Shown here: one piece after another, positions 36,731-48,941 of the stretch
Numbering within the stretch: position 1 is the stretch's first letter
How the letters are laid out: every line of letters starts with the position of its first letter
Assembly (NCBI GenBank): GCA_048013815.1
Contig: CM106586.1
Span: 16,244,001-16,308,000, forward strand
Direction of reading: 5' to 3'
DNA: 64,000 bases
Origin: Setoptus koraiensis
Taxonomy: Eukaryota > Animalia > Arthropoda
Translations under genes and position numbers: made by a program
Notes under the pieces: model-generated
Told to the model about the DNA's origin: nothing
What the model saw: the letters and a program-made list of their open reading frames with translations, nothing else
Database searches by the model: none

Positions 36731-39700
36731 GCAGCATATTGCGTTGCTAATACAATATTAGTAGTTGATATTCCGCAAGTGGCCGCTGCCAGCAACCACA
36801 AGCTGGATGTGTCACGCTGGCTGCCAATGTTGCCTAGGCGCAAAACAAGCAACTTTAATTGGCACCATCCAGCTTATTTCCATACGGCCGCCGTGCGATG
36901 CATATATTTCAATTATGGCCGTCCATGTTTATTTATTTATCTGTTTACGCTCGCTGTTCATCTGCAAACCGTCGGAGCCTGTCGGAGCATTGGATTATTG
37001 GAGCATTTGAGTATTGGAGTGTTGGAGCATCTGAGTATTGGAGTGTCGGAGTCGCTCCAATGGAGTGAGTACGCTGCGTGTGAGCATGATATAATATAAT
37101 ATGATATAGCCTGATATAACGTGATGCAGTGTGGCACAAATCTATTAATCTATTAATTGCCGGCCGGAGTGGACAAATCAGTGGACGCTCAGTGGCCGCT
37201 GACAATCAGATCGGAGAGGCGAGATTGAAGCGCACGATAGTTTATCATCTTTTGTTCTAATTTGGCTATTTATCATTTGACTTTTACACACTGGTCGCCA
37301 CGCTCACTTGATCGCTCTCTCGCTCTCTCTCTCTCTCTCTCGCTGCAAAACGCTGCAAAACGCTGCAAAACGCTCCTAAATGCTCCAAAACGCTGCAAAG
37401 TATCCACTTCGCCCGTCAGCGCGCTGGTGTGGCCGCCGCCGACTCGGCCCTCACAATAGAGCGAGAGCAACGAGAGCTGATGAACAGATAAACAATGAGC
37501 ATAAACACTAAAACCATTTTGCCAGCTCAAACTGTTGCCGGCCCAAACTGTTGCCGGCCCAAACTGTTGCCCGCTCAAATTGTGCCAGCGATCGATTTAC
37601 GCCGATGCGCCTAATCGTCTAATAATCTAATTTGATCCGGGCGCGTAAACAACAAGTAGTCGGCCCAGCGCCGACCAACAAGTGGCTAAGTGATTTTGAG
37701 TGAGCCAGCAGCGGTAGCCAACGCCAAAACTGCCCCCTGTCCGTGCCGCAATCTCTAATGCTGTCTAGCGCATAGTCACTGGTTGCCAGTGTGTAATGTA
37801 TACGCGGCACATAGTGGGCGATGCTTGCCAGCGAGCAAATGGCCAATAAAATAATCATCTCGCAATCTAATAACTTAATAATATTGCAAGATATATATAT
37901 AATTAGGCTGCCACAAGCGGCAGCTACGAGCGCCCGACAGAGCAAACAATCGGAACTAATTTGCGATCATTATCTCCCCTCGGCCCGATCAGCCGCTGGC
38001 CGCGTGATCTGGCACCTCGGCGACCGTCGGCGACCGGCGGCGACCAGCGGCGACCGGCGGCGACCAGCGGCGACCGGCGGCAGCCGCCGCAAGCGGCTCC
38101 GAGCGGCAAACCGGCCACGCCCGGCCAGTCCGGCCGTCGTTGGCCGTCAATATGGCAAGATATTGTCATTAATAGGTGCGTGTACACAAACTGACGAGCG
38201 CTGGCAGGCAATTAAAAGCGCAAAGATATGACGCGATATTTGTGGCTGGCGGCAGCGGCTCGATAATGGCCAGCATTGAGCGGACTGGCTAGATGCACTT
38301 GTTACAAATGCGCAAATCTAATCAACTGGCCATATTGTTTATTATCGTGTGAGCAAGCGTCTGATAGCCAAGCGTCTGACAAAGAGTCGTGGATAGGACA
38401 GTGCAAAGTAAAGTAAAGTTGGTCGCGCTTAGTTACATAAGATGGCTCGTTGCTGGTGTGTTGCAGCCGTTTTAAGGTCCCGGTCATGACGATGTAACAG
38501 TGTTGACGGTGTGTCGCTGTTGTTGGTCACACAATTGCAGCCAAGACAACGAGCGCTTTTGGCGCGGGCCATCCATTACGCAACATTATACACTGCAGCA
38601 TTATAGAGGAGCATCGTCATATTATGCAACAGCGGCGGCAGCAGCAGCAGCAAACAATATGCACTGGCTAGACTGACAACATGAGTGCGCCGGGCTCGCC
38701 AAACTGGCCTTTGCTCTCTCAACGAAAATCTCTCGGGCGCTCGTTTTGGCGTTCATCTCAACAGCTCGGCCGGTCGGCCGGTCGGGCGCTCGGCCCTGGC
38801 CACTGCTCGCGAACCAGCAGCAAATGCAATATTCAAATTATTATGCTCGATTGCTCGCCAGCGTCTCGCTGGTGACCAACGTCAACTATTCTTCTTCTTA
38901 TTATTATTGCCACTACTACTGCCGCATTGCTGCTATTATTTTCGTTATTATTCTCGGGCAGCGAGTTCAATCGGCAACAAGCCAACACACACACATAATG
39001 CATGTTGTTACATAATATTTTTCCCTTCGGCCGGCCACTCGTCGCCGGGCAATACATATTGGCTATATGTGCTGGCCTGTGTTCGCAGGCAAGTGCTTGT
39101 GTCAGCGTGGCCGGCGATGACGGCCACATTTAGCCTAAAACAATCTCTCTAAAATACAACAACTAAAAGTGGCTTTACGACGACCCTGTGTCGTGTGTGT
39201 GTGTGTGTCAGAAGGCGATTAGATAGATTTATTGAGCACTGCTATCATCATGGCCATCATTGGCGCTGGCACAACAACAACTCACTGGCCAGTTGTGGTG
39301 CAATGCAACTTGCGGCCAACAACAACTCTGCACTGCAGCTCGCTTGTTGTCATATTTCAACGAGCTGTATTTGGACAACTAGTCTATTATTTGTATAAAA
39401 TACAAAGTGATTAGAGCGACTAGTCCATTTGCTCCAATTGGCTCCATTTGCTTGCTGGGCGCCGCTGAGACGGCCAGCAGCGATACTCGTTACTTGCTCG
39501 AGGCTCGACACTCGAGACTCGACGCTCGACACTCGGGCCAGTATTGTCAGCGACCGTACTAATCAAACAACGACTCATCGCGCTCCGGGCACCGCAAACC
39601 AATCGCATCACAAGCACACTGGACAGCGAGGGAGCCAGAGAACGAGAGAGCCAGAGAGCCAGAGAACGAGAGAGCCAGCGAGAAATTAATTGTTTTTTTA

Positions 39701-42156
39701 GAAACGCGCGACACTGACAACAACTGACTTGCGACTCACAAGTTGTGAGGGCAGCAGCAGATTGCATAATCTATTTGTTTACTTGCGTCTCATTATGTCG
39801 GCCGGCCGCTGCACACTGTCGCGGCATGTGACAGCAGCGGCAGATATTCATATTTGGCTCATGTGAGCCCGCTCTTGTGGCACCCATTTCTTTTGTTGTC
39901 TGGGACGCGAATCTGGCCAAAGTCACAAATGAGAGCGCGATACAATGTGGAGCTTGTCTATTTGTCACATTTGCGCACCATCTAACTAGACGACGACGAC
40001 GACAACGACGACATCGGCAGGGCCTGGGTAATATGTCACACTCAGCACACGGCACCGATGACCGGCCAAATGGACTTGTCAGAGTCGCGTCAGCGCACGC
40101 AAACAAGCGACACAAACATATCCTTTGCCACTGCAAGCCATGCCATCTATCTGATTGGCATCGCACAAGAGATCTGACGAGAATGACCAAAAATGACAAG
40201 CCATGTCTCGACGTGCACGTCCACGTCGGCGCAAAGTCGGCGCTCAAGCAGCGGCCACTCAAAGCCTGACTGACCAGCGGCCAAAAGTTAATTTTCAAAG
40301 TTTTCGCCGCGTATCAAATTTAGCTGTCAAAAAGTTGATTATTATCAATGCGTCTGACGCCACTCACAATCAGGGCTATTTCCATGCCCACAGACAGGCA
40401 GCAACTATATAACGCTGGTCATACGACCGGCCGACTGGTCGGTCGGCTGTCGGTGTCCAGCATTGTGGCCACATCGTCGGCGGCTGTTGCTGCTGGCCAC
40501 TTTACTGCGCCAATCGTTGGTCAGTTCATTGGCTCAACCAGGAACAAACCGCTGCCCACTGGTGACTAAACGCAAACAATTAATATTCATATATCTCGCA
40601 GCCAACTATTAATAAACGACACCACTATTTGATCTGGGCACTCGTTTTAAATAAATCAATCAGTGCAGTTCACTCTAGTTGAGCTAAGCTGAGTTAAGGT
40701 AGCCAATTTTATGCGACAGGCGCGTCACTGCCACCAGCAATGCCGGCCCGACAGGTGGTTCGTCACAATTATATTATGGGGCTGCACACAAATACACTTA
40801 TACATTAATTGTGACCACAAGATGGCCTACAGGCCGAAAGTAGCCGCCGACACCGTTATCGCTGCGACCATAGATCATTACATATGAGTGAAGTCGCTTT
40901 CACTTCGCTCACCAACTTGTCAAACGATCATTTGAGGTTATAATGTTGTTGTTGCTGCTATTATGTCATAATGTATCTCAACTAGTTGCCACCATGAATA
41001 CGGCACCGCGCAGAGATGGACGCGACAGACATAATTGAGTCACCGTCGAGTATAATCATATTCCGCATCACATTGTCGACGACGAGTCAATAGTCGTCAA
41101 GTAAATCTACAAGTGAGTCTACTGGCGATCAAGTTATCCGATGTGACGTGAATGCGATGCGATGCGATGCGGCGGCGCGACTAGATCAACTTTGGCGCCG
41201 CTTCATTTCGACTTGTTTTCACCTGGAAACAGTTTGGGCATCCACTGGCTGGATATATTGCACACAATCAAGTATTCAGTCGCACAAAGTAGCGGCAAAG
41301 TTGTTCACTGGACATTTGGTGTGTTGACGAGCTGGCCAAAAAAAGAGCCCCTTTGTTTGGAGATTTATGGCGATTGTCCGACCGAAAGATTGATTTTGGC
41401 GCCGCGCGAATTGTTTTGTCTAGACTGTAAAGTCTAGCCAACGCAAACCATCTCGGTGCTTGTCAGGCCACCACGCATCGATTGTTGTTGTCGGTTGCCG
41501 ACAATCGATCGATCTCGGCGATACCGTTCGAGCCGACAAGCGGAAGTGGCTGGCAAGACAATGGTGATTGGCTGGCCAGCCACCCATAGACAAATGGGCT
41601 ACAAAATGGCCGTGGCAGCAGTTGTTGTTGTTGTTGTTGTGGTTGTTGCTGTCAGGTCCACTGTTTGTAAATTGCACTGCACATTGCGCAGGACTGACCG
41701 TGGACCAAGCAAGTGACAAAGGGAGCGAGCGGCACAGAACTGGCTGCTGCTGCATTGCATACTGTGGCATAGTTTCTGTTCGCTCGTGAACAGCTTACGA
41801 ATACCGAATTCTGTGTGTGTGTGTGTGTGTGTGCGTTTGTGTGACGCACACACAGACGCACAGACAAACAATAAACGAGTGTAGCAGTAGTAATAATAAT
41901 AGTAGTAATAATAATAATAATAATAGATGGATCATTCCGTATACATTACATATACGTATAACGCTGTGGTCGTCGACGTCTCTGTCGTATAATAACATGG
42001 GTTCAACGCAATTATATTTCAACAACATATCCAACAACCATTGCTATTATTATCATTGTCTAGTTTAGATCAATTCTGCTCTAACTGCTACATTATTATA
42101 ATCAATCAATCAATCAATTATTACAACAAGACGACGACAACAACAACAACACCAAT

Positions 42157-44046
42157 ATGGCGCACAATCCCTCATCGTCGAATTCCTCGTCAGCGTCGCC
42201 CTCGCAACCAGATTCGCCATCGGCCTACGAATACAGGATAGAAAGATTACCCACAACCAGTGTCTTCAGAAGTGGTGATAACGATGCGCAAATTAATAAT
42301 CGAAATTTCACAAAACCAATATTAGAATCGCCCTCCAGCTTAGACCAAGACGGTGACGCAGTTAATGTAGTGTCGCGACTTAAACAAATATATCCCTATG
42401 CGGATCATTCTGAATTGCCACTTAGTTGGTCGCCAAAGGACAAATCATCACAAATTAATCTGTCTGAGAACAATTTGCGTATCTACTTTAAAGGAAACGG
42501 TAAAAAGGACAAAAACGACAAACAGGCAGCCTCTGCTCGTGCCACCCATCCAATACCCCAATCATGCCAGCTCTACTATTTTGAAATTAGTATTATATCA
42601 AAGGGACGCGAGGGATACATGGGCATAGGATTGTCAGGCAACAATTTCTCCTTATGCAAATTGCCTGGATGGGTAGAAAAATCCTATGGATATCATGGAG
42701 ATGATGGTCACGCGTTCAATGGCGAGGGCACTGGCAAAAAATATGGGCCCACATTTGCCACGGGAGACATTATTGGTTGCGGATATAATCTTATTGATCA
42801 GACCTGCTTTTACACTAAAAACGGTCTCAATTTGGGTATCGCATTTACAAACCTTCCCAACGAATCATTATATCCCACTGTGGGACTTAAAACACCAGGC
42901 GAAGAGGTCGAGGCTAATTTTGGCCAACGTCCATTCTGTTATAATATCGAACAAGATATAAAATCAATGCGACAGAACATATTAGCTAAATTAGAAAAAT
43001 TCGATGTCAATTACAACGAATACAGACAAATCGAACACAAACTTATCCAATCTTGGCTCATACACAACAGCTACCCAGGCACAGCTGAGGCTTTTAGTAA
43101 AGCGGCCAAGTTAGACTTTAAAGAAAATATAGCCTGTATTCAGCAACGCCTTCAGATACAACAGCTTATATTAGCTGGAAGAATCAGTGAGGCTATCAAA
43201 ACAACAAACCGTCTATGCCCCCAACTTCTACAATATAATCCGAATCTTCTGTTCGCTCTTAAATGTCGCCAATTTATTGAAATGATTAACGGTAATGAGA
43301 CTGATGATCAACCAACCATAGAATATAATTTCGACTTTAAACCATCTAGATGTAGCCATAATTTATCAGATTCTAATGGTGACATTTCAAATGTCAGGTA
43401 TAATGGTAGTTGCAATGGTAGTAGCTATACCGTTAATACTTCACAGGATCTTATGGATATAGACCATCCAAATAGTAATTGTAACAACAATATTAACGTA
43501 TCTGTCGATAACAACACGGCAATGATTGTTTCTGATAGTATCGATTTTGACTCGGCCAATGATGCAGAACGAAGATCGGCCTCACTAAGAAGAACTGACG
43601 AGAGCAAAAATGGAAATAGTCACACTATTGTCACCGATCAAAACGGACATCAATCTGAAAACAATGGAAACTTAAACGGCACAGGAAGTGGCTGTATATT
43701 GTTTCAAGACGATAAATTACCTCGCCTTCTTTCTTTCGGTCGCGAGCTGTACAAATTCTCTCTAAAATTGAAGAGACAATATGGCAAAAATGAAACCAAC
43801 AAACAAATGATTATGAACGCCTTTAGCCTAATAGCTTATTCAGACCCAAAAGATTCACCCATGAGTTGGCTATTAGATTCAAGTGAACGTGAATCATTAA
43901 GTCAACTTTTAAACAGCGCCATTGTTAAAGCCGAACTTGGAAGTTCTAACCATGAGCCTCCCCTTGAAAAGTGTGTTAAACATTTGAAGATTCTGCTCAA
44001 ATCAAATGCCTTTTATGGTAAATGGCTATTTGAAAAGATGTTATGA
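42157..44046 (+). CDS. RanBPM: Ran-binding protein 9/10 (RanBPM), CTLH E3 complex scaffold, 629 aa, intronless
   Basis: N-terminal motif RLKQIYP...ELPLSWSPKDK, then a SPRY domain (ASARATHPIPQSCQLYYFEI, LPGWVEKSYGYHGDDG, YGPTFATGDIIGCG, LYPTVGLKTPGEEVEANFG). LisH/CTLH (LIQSWLIHNSYPGTAEAF, LLFALKCRQFIEMING) and a CRA-like C-terminus (AFSLIAYSDP) follow. Confidence 0.93.
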   Translation: MAHNPSSSNSSSASPSQPDSPSAYEYRIERLPTTSVFRSGDNDAQINNRNFTKPILESPSSLDQDGDAVNVVSRLKQIYPYADHSELPLSWSPKDKSSQINLSENNLRIYFKGNGKKDKNDKQAASARATHPIPQSCQLYYFEISIISKGREGYMGIGLSGNNFSLCKLPGWVEKSYGYHGDDGHAFNGEGTGKKYGPTFATGDIIGCGYNLIDQTCFYTKNGLNLGIAFTNLPNESLYPTVGLKTPGEEVEANFGQRPFCYNIEQDIKSMRQNILAKLEKFDVNYNEYRQIEHKLIQSWLIHNSYPGTAEAFSKAAKLDFKENIACIQQRLQIQQLILAGRISEAIKTTNRLCPQLLQYNPNLLFALKCRQFIEMINGNETDDQPTIEYNFDFKPSRCSHNLSDSNGDISNVRYNGSCNGSSYTVNTSQDLMDIDHPNSNCNNNINVSVDNNTAMIVSDSIDFDSANDAERRSASLRRTDESKNGNSHTIVTDQNGHQSENNGNLNGTGSGCILFQDDKLPRLLSFGRELYKFSLKLKRQYGKNETNKQMIMNAFSLIAYSDPKDSPMSWLLDSSERESLSQLLNSAIVKAELGSSNHEPPLEKCVKHLKILLKSNAFYGKWLFEKML

Positions 44047-44498
44047 ACTATTCTACTATCGCAAGATCAAAATCACTCAAATGATATTCATATACAGTAG
44101 TACAATCATAACATACTTCAAGCCTAATGCGGATTTGTAATATCTTTATATAGGGTACAAAAAACATTTCAGCCGAGTCATCAGTTTTTGTCGCCATCAT
44201 CAAATCTACCAACCATTTGTACATTTCAGCAATCATTATATATTCATATTAAAGATAGATGAACGAGATCAGCTTTGCAACACACATTAGTAAATATTTG
44301 GTCACCAACTATGTATTTTAAAAACTTATTTTTAGATTGAACAAGTCAAAGCTATCATTTAATATAACAAATGATTATAACATTTTGTATTGTATAAAAA
44401 CTTGCATTTTTCAAAGGCGTCACTGGGCGTGTGTTGTATCATATTTTGGACAACCAAACAGTTGGAGCAGTAGATATCATTTCACATGCTGAGATATC

Positions 44499-45434
44499 TT
44501 AAAATTTTAACCTTGTCTTGAGACTTGTTGTGGATACTCCCTCCATACGCTGAGTTGCCAAGAACATGCCCAACTCTTTAATGTGTTTGTAAACATCTTC
44601 TTGGCCCTCAAATTTGTAAGGTATATCGTCATGGGCGACGAAATCAATCTTATGTTCCCTTAAGAATTCGTCCGAAAGAACCCATGGTGCATCTCTGACA
44701 ACTTCATCGACATATTTACAATGTCTGACCTTATCGTAACGCCACTGTTCAGGTACAACAGTGGGCCCTTTGAATTTAATGGTCATTTCATCGTTGACTA
44801 CTCCCACCATGAGGTGAACCCTTGCGAAGGCCTCTTTCGCTTGTTTCAGTTGACGTGCATGGCCTGGATGGAACATATCGTAGATGCCGTCAGAGTAGAC
44901 TCGTATTGTTCTTGTAGAGTCATCTTGCTTCCTAGCTTGCTCTAAAGTTATGCGATTGTTAAAATCATACACACACTTGTTTAGTTTATCTATTGCCTCT
45001 GGATCATCACTAAATGTTGCAAGGCCATGGTTACTTGTTACATCTGGTGGATTAGCAAGATTGTGCGAATCCTTGTGGAAATCTAAGAATGTTTTTGAAT
45101 TTTTGAAATAATCATAAGCATCCTTAGGTAGATGGAAGTTATGAGAATCTGTATGTGCGACAAAATCAATCTTATGTTTCTTTATAAAGTCATCTGTAAC
45201 AGTCCAAGGCGCATCCGATATCACTTCATCGACGTGCCTGCAGTGAAGAACTGATTCCCAACGCTCGTCCTGCGTATAAAGTGTCTTGACATCGTTATCT
45301 TTGACATCCTGGTCATTGATGATACCGACCATCAGATGTACTTTTGGGAAGGCATGTTTGGCTTGCATGAATTGGCGATCGTGGCCTTCGTTACAGAAAT
45401 CGTGTATACCATGGGCGTAAATCCTGGTGGCCAT
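44499..45434 (-). CDS. Choline-phosphate cytidylyltransferase (CCT/PCYT1-type) with two tandem catalytic-type domains, 311 aa, intronless
   Basis: Domain 2 (aa ~177-311) has [47 protein letters not shown] and TQRMEGVST, all CCT signatures. Domain 1 (aa 1-~120) aligns with the same motifs but is degenerate. Confidence 0.9.
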   Translation of the reverse strand: MATRIYAHGIHDFCNEGHDRQFMQAKHAFPKVHLMVGIINDQDVKDNDVKTLYTQDERWESVLHCRHVDEVISDAPWTVTDDFIKKHKIDFVAHTDSHNFHLPKDAYDYFKNSKTFLDFHKDSHNLANPPDVTSNHGLATFSDDPEAIDKLNKCVYDFNNRITLEQARKQDDSTRTIRVYSDGIYDMFHPGHARQLKQAKEAFARVHLMVGVVNDEMTIKFKGPTVVPEQWRYDKVRHCKYVDEVVRDAPWVLSDEFLREHKIDFVAHDDIPYKFEGQEDVYKHIKELGMFLATQRMEGVSTTSLKTRLKF

Positions 45435-45690
45435 TGTAACAATTATGAAATTTATCTATATAGTTGTAGACTAAAATGATAGATTGTAGATAACAACTAT
45501 GATGTTGGCCGTCGATATATAATTAAATGAAAGTTGTTCCTGTTTAAAAGTATACTGGTAATAAAACTGGGAAGTGCTCCATCGTTCATGATGAATCATG
45601 TGAGCAGCGAAGATATATAGCGGCCGCAATTTATAGCATAAAACTGGCAACATCGTGTTTGAATTCAATCACTAAAGTTACTTGTATAGA

Positions 45691-45777
45691 TGACCTCAAG
45701 GGGGCGCCAGTTGATATACATTCTGAAGTAGTGCTGATATAACATTGTACCACATTGAGCGCCCCCTTAATGAGTTC
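45691..45777. promoter_or_regulatory. Convergent pair of CTCF-like motifs in the CCT/HDAC3 divergent promoter
   Basis: TGACCTCAAGGGGGCGCCAGT at 45691-45711 resembles the CTCF consensus TGGCCACCAGGGGGCGCTAGT. The 10-bp core aagggggcgc (45698-45707) is repeated inverted at 45759-45768. Confidence 0.4.
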
Positions 45778-46002
45778 TAGTGCACATTATAAAATGCTTA
45801 TTCAAGATAAGATAATCAACAAACATGCTATCAGCCGAACATATGTTTATGCATTGGATAATCTAAAGGCCAAATGATAACTATTTTACCAGCGTCTGAA
45901 AATATTTTTCTCTTGGCGACCACTCAGTTAAATTTGTTGTCAACATTAACATTTAATTATTCTCCATTCACTTGTAATTCTGACACTAGCAATTGGATCG
46001 AC

Positions 46003-47343
46003 ATGTCAAGTAAACCTACCGTGACTTACTTTTGGGATCCCGAGGTGGGAAATTTCCATTATGGCAACAACCATCCAATGAAACCTCATAGAATTGCAGT
46101 AACACATTCACTGGTGATGAATTATGGACTTCAATCGAAAATGAATGTCTACCGTCCCTACAAAGCATCTTATCATGAAATGTGCAGGTTTCACAGTGGA
46201 GAATATATTGACTTTTTGCAGCATGTATCCCCATCGAATATTGATTCTTTCTCCAAATGCCTTTCACATTTCAATGTGGGAGAAGATTGTCCAGTATTTG
46301 AAGGTAAGTAAGCCTACCGAAAAATGGTTCTACCCATAGCCATAAGGATACTAACATTAGTTGTGTCATTTTTCTCCCATTCAGGGCTTTACAATTTTTG
46401 CTCCCGATATTGTGGAGCCTCCTTGCAAGGTGCACAACAGATAAATAATAAACAATGTGACATAGCCATCAATTGGGCAGGAGGTTTGCATCACGCAAAG
46501 AAATTTGAGGCTAGTGGATTTTGCTATGTCAATGATATTGTCATAGCAATTTTGGAACTTCTTAAATACCATGCTAGGGTCTTATACATCGATATCGACA
46601 TTCACCATGGCGATGGTGTTCAGGAAGCATTTTATCTAACAGATCGCGTCATGACAGTCTCATTTCACCGATATGGACTCACTCAAGGGCATTTGTTTTT
46701 CCCTGGCACAGGTGACATGTACGAGACTGGTTCTGACGCTGGGCGCTATTATAGTGTCAATGTACCATTCAAAGAAGGTATTGATGACGCAAATTATTCC
46801 ACTGTATTCAAGCCCGTGATAACAGATGTAATCAATTTTTACCAACCATCCGCTATAGTATTACAATGTGGCGCTGACTCCTTAGCAGGCGACCGATTAG
46901 GTTGTTTCAATTTGTCCATTCGTGGCCACGGAGAATGTGTGAAGTTTGTCAAGAGCTTCAACTTACCTTTGCTAGTTCTTGGTGGCGGTGGTTATACTTT
47001 AAGAAACGTGTCGAGATGTTGGACTTACGAGACAAGTTTATTGGTGGACGAGGAAATAAGCAATGAAATACCTTACTCAGAGTACGTACAGTATTTTTCA
47101 CCTGATTTCAGCTTATTACTAGACAAGCCCTGCGGAGATACAACTCACAACGGAAATTCAAGAGTTTATCTCGAGTCGGTTGTCAAATATGTCCATGAAA
47201 ATCTCAAGTGTATAGCGAACGCCCCCTCTGTCCAGCTTCAGCCTATACCGTCCAATTGGTTCACAGAGGAAGAAATGGAAGACACAGCCGTAAAGAATGT
47301 TGAGGATGAATCAAACGAAGAGAACAAAGTAAAATCCGACTAG
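46003..47343 (+). CDS. HDAC3: Histone deacetylase 3, 419 aa, 2 exons
   Basis: Exons 46003-46303 and 46385-47343, with an 81-nt intron (GTAAGT...ctaac...TCAG). HDAC3-type motifs: [89 protein letters not shown] and GGGGYT. Confidence 0.96.
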
Positions 47344-47937
47344 ACATCTATTGTGATCTTGTAAATAATTATAATGTAAATACATATGTGAATAATAATC
47401 AAATTAAACTTTTATGTAAAATGATCTCCTTCTATAAGCTGAAATTGACTCTGATCAATTTTTTAGATTACTGTTGATTCTGTGCTCGCTAAGTTGGCGG
47501 CGGCGGATAGCCTGGCACTGGATTGGGCGGCGGCATACCATGCATAGGCCGAAGTAAAGGTGGTGGCGGTATTGAGAATGGCATGCCGCCAGGACCTACC
47601 CCAGACATTGGCATTGGTAAATTGAGTGGTGGTGGGGGTAACCTCATTCCTGATGGCGGGAGTCCAGGTGGCATAATCGGACGTCTCATACCAACTGTGG
47701 GAATGGGGGGAGGCCTCAGAATACCCATCGGAGGAGGTTGTGATAGGTTAGGTGGAGGCAGCAAAGTCATTGGTGGCATGCCCAAATGATGTGGAGCTCC
47801 CGGCAACAAACTGTGATTTCTCTGATTTTGATCGTTCAGATTGTTCGAGTGACCATTGAAGTCATGCTGATTTTCCATATGATAATTTGGAGGGTTGCGT
47901 CCGATTGTCTCCTCGTACCATTTTTGATAGTAAAATT
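46884..47937. repeat. Copy 1 of a 1,054-bp direct duplication (HDAC3 3' part, intergenic region, U1C 3' part)
   Basis: Appears identical line by line to 51924-52977 (offset 5,040). Confidence 0.97.
47489..47937 (-). pseudogene. SNRPC: 5'-truncated U1 snRNP C copy lacking the zinc finger and start codon
   Basis: Identical to the 3' part of the intact gene up to ...FYYQKWYEE. Sequence upstream of 47937 is unrelated and has TGA TGA in the U1C frame. Confidence 0.88.
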
Positions 47938-48941
47938 CATCTCATCATTCCGAGGGATGATCGTTGAGGTGAATTGCCGTTGGAAAGTATTTCGCTGATC
48001 TAAAGCTGTCGCTGAAGTGATCGTCGTTGTTTTCAAGACCGAGCAGCTGTAGTGTAGTCAAGAACCTGTCGTTGAAGCGAATGAGTCTGCACATTCGTCG
48101 AAATATCAGCGTTTGTACATGCGTGCATTGTAAAAGAGTGTAGCCCGTGAATCATAGCCGCAATTGTGTTCATTTTAAAGTGATTCACTCTAGCGATCAA
48201 AACGTGCGCCTGATTTTCCTTCGGGCTAATCTGCCTTTCAGTGAAAACATACGCAAATAATAAAACATTTGTCACAAGATATCCTTATGTAATATGCGTT
48301 TCAAGGCCCGAAATACATTGTATTCATAAATTTATTATTTATACCGTTATGATAAATACATCACTGTCCTAAGCATTATTTTGAAATCGTTGAGGCATGT
48401 CAAGTCGGATTTATTATCGATTAATTTAGACACATTAGAAGAAAATGTATCAAGTCAGTGCCAAAATGATCAAATGAAAGATATATCAAGGACTAGCAAT
48501 ATATTAACGATATTCAATTCAAACTCAATTATCTCAGGCTAACTACTTCTAGTCAATCGAGAACAGAATAGCTAGACTATTTTTTCTAAACAATTCCTCC
48601 ACTATCTCTATCAAAGGATTTTTATTGTATGATGCAAACTCATAAATAAAAAAGGACATAGCGACCGTACCAAGAAGAGTCCGAAGCCCCAGAAATTTGT
48701 TTATCGAATTTTCTATAATTATACTTGCTATTTTTACTATTGAAACATTGCCAGCGTTTTAGATTTATTGGAATACACACTACAATCAATATTCGTCAGA
48801 TGGAATGCAAAGAATCAAAATTAATTGTCAAACTAACCACGTCAAACTACCAGACGTAGACTATACTCAACAATCCTTAATAAGTTTGTAATACACATGG
48901 GCCTAACTACATTGGTATTATACTGCTAAGATTTACACCAG

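Noticed and set aside
44499-45434. Assignment as ethanolamine-phosphate cytidylyltransferase (PCYT2) because of the two domains
   Set aside because: The motifs ([34 protein letters not shown]-cap ITLE.A) are CCT-type rather than ECT-type. A phylogeny is still needed.
45700-45767. GGGGGCG...CGCCCCC as a tRNA acceptor stem
   Set aside because: There is no D-arm or TTCGA T-loop consensus and no anticodon stem.
45874-46002. ORF-track N-terminal extension of HDAC3; likewise the U1C ORF start at 53152
   Set aside because: The conserved HDAC3 start is at 46003. The U1C ORF-track start is read-through of intron 1, and the true start is 53180.
47938-48300. Transposon or gene fragment at the left end of the insert
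   Set aside because: All six frames are short or unrecognisable, and there are no terminal repeats. Joining the insert's two ends gives only a short [10 protein letters not shown]|HLIIPRDDR* frame, too weak to support a call.
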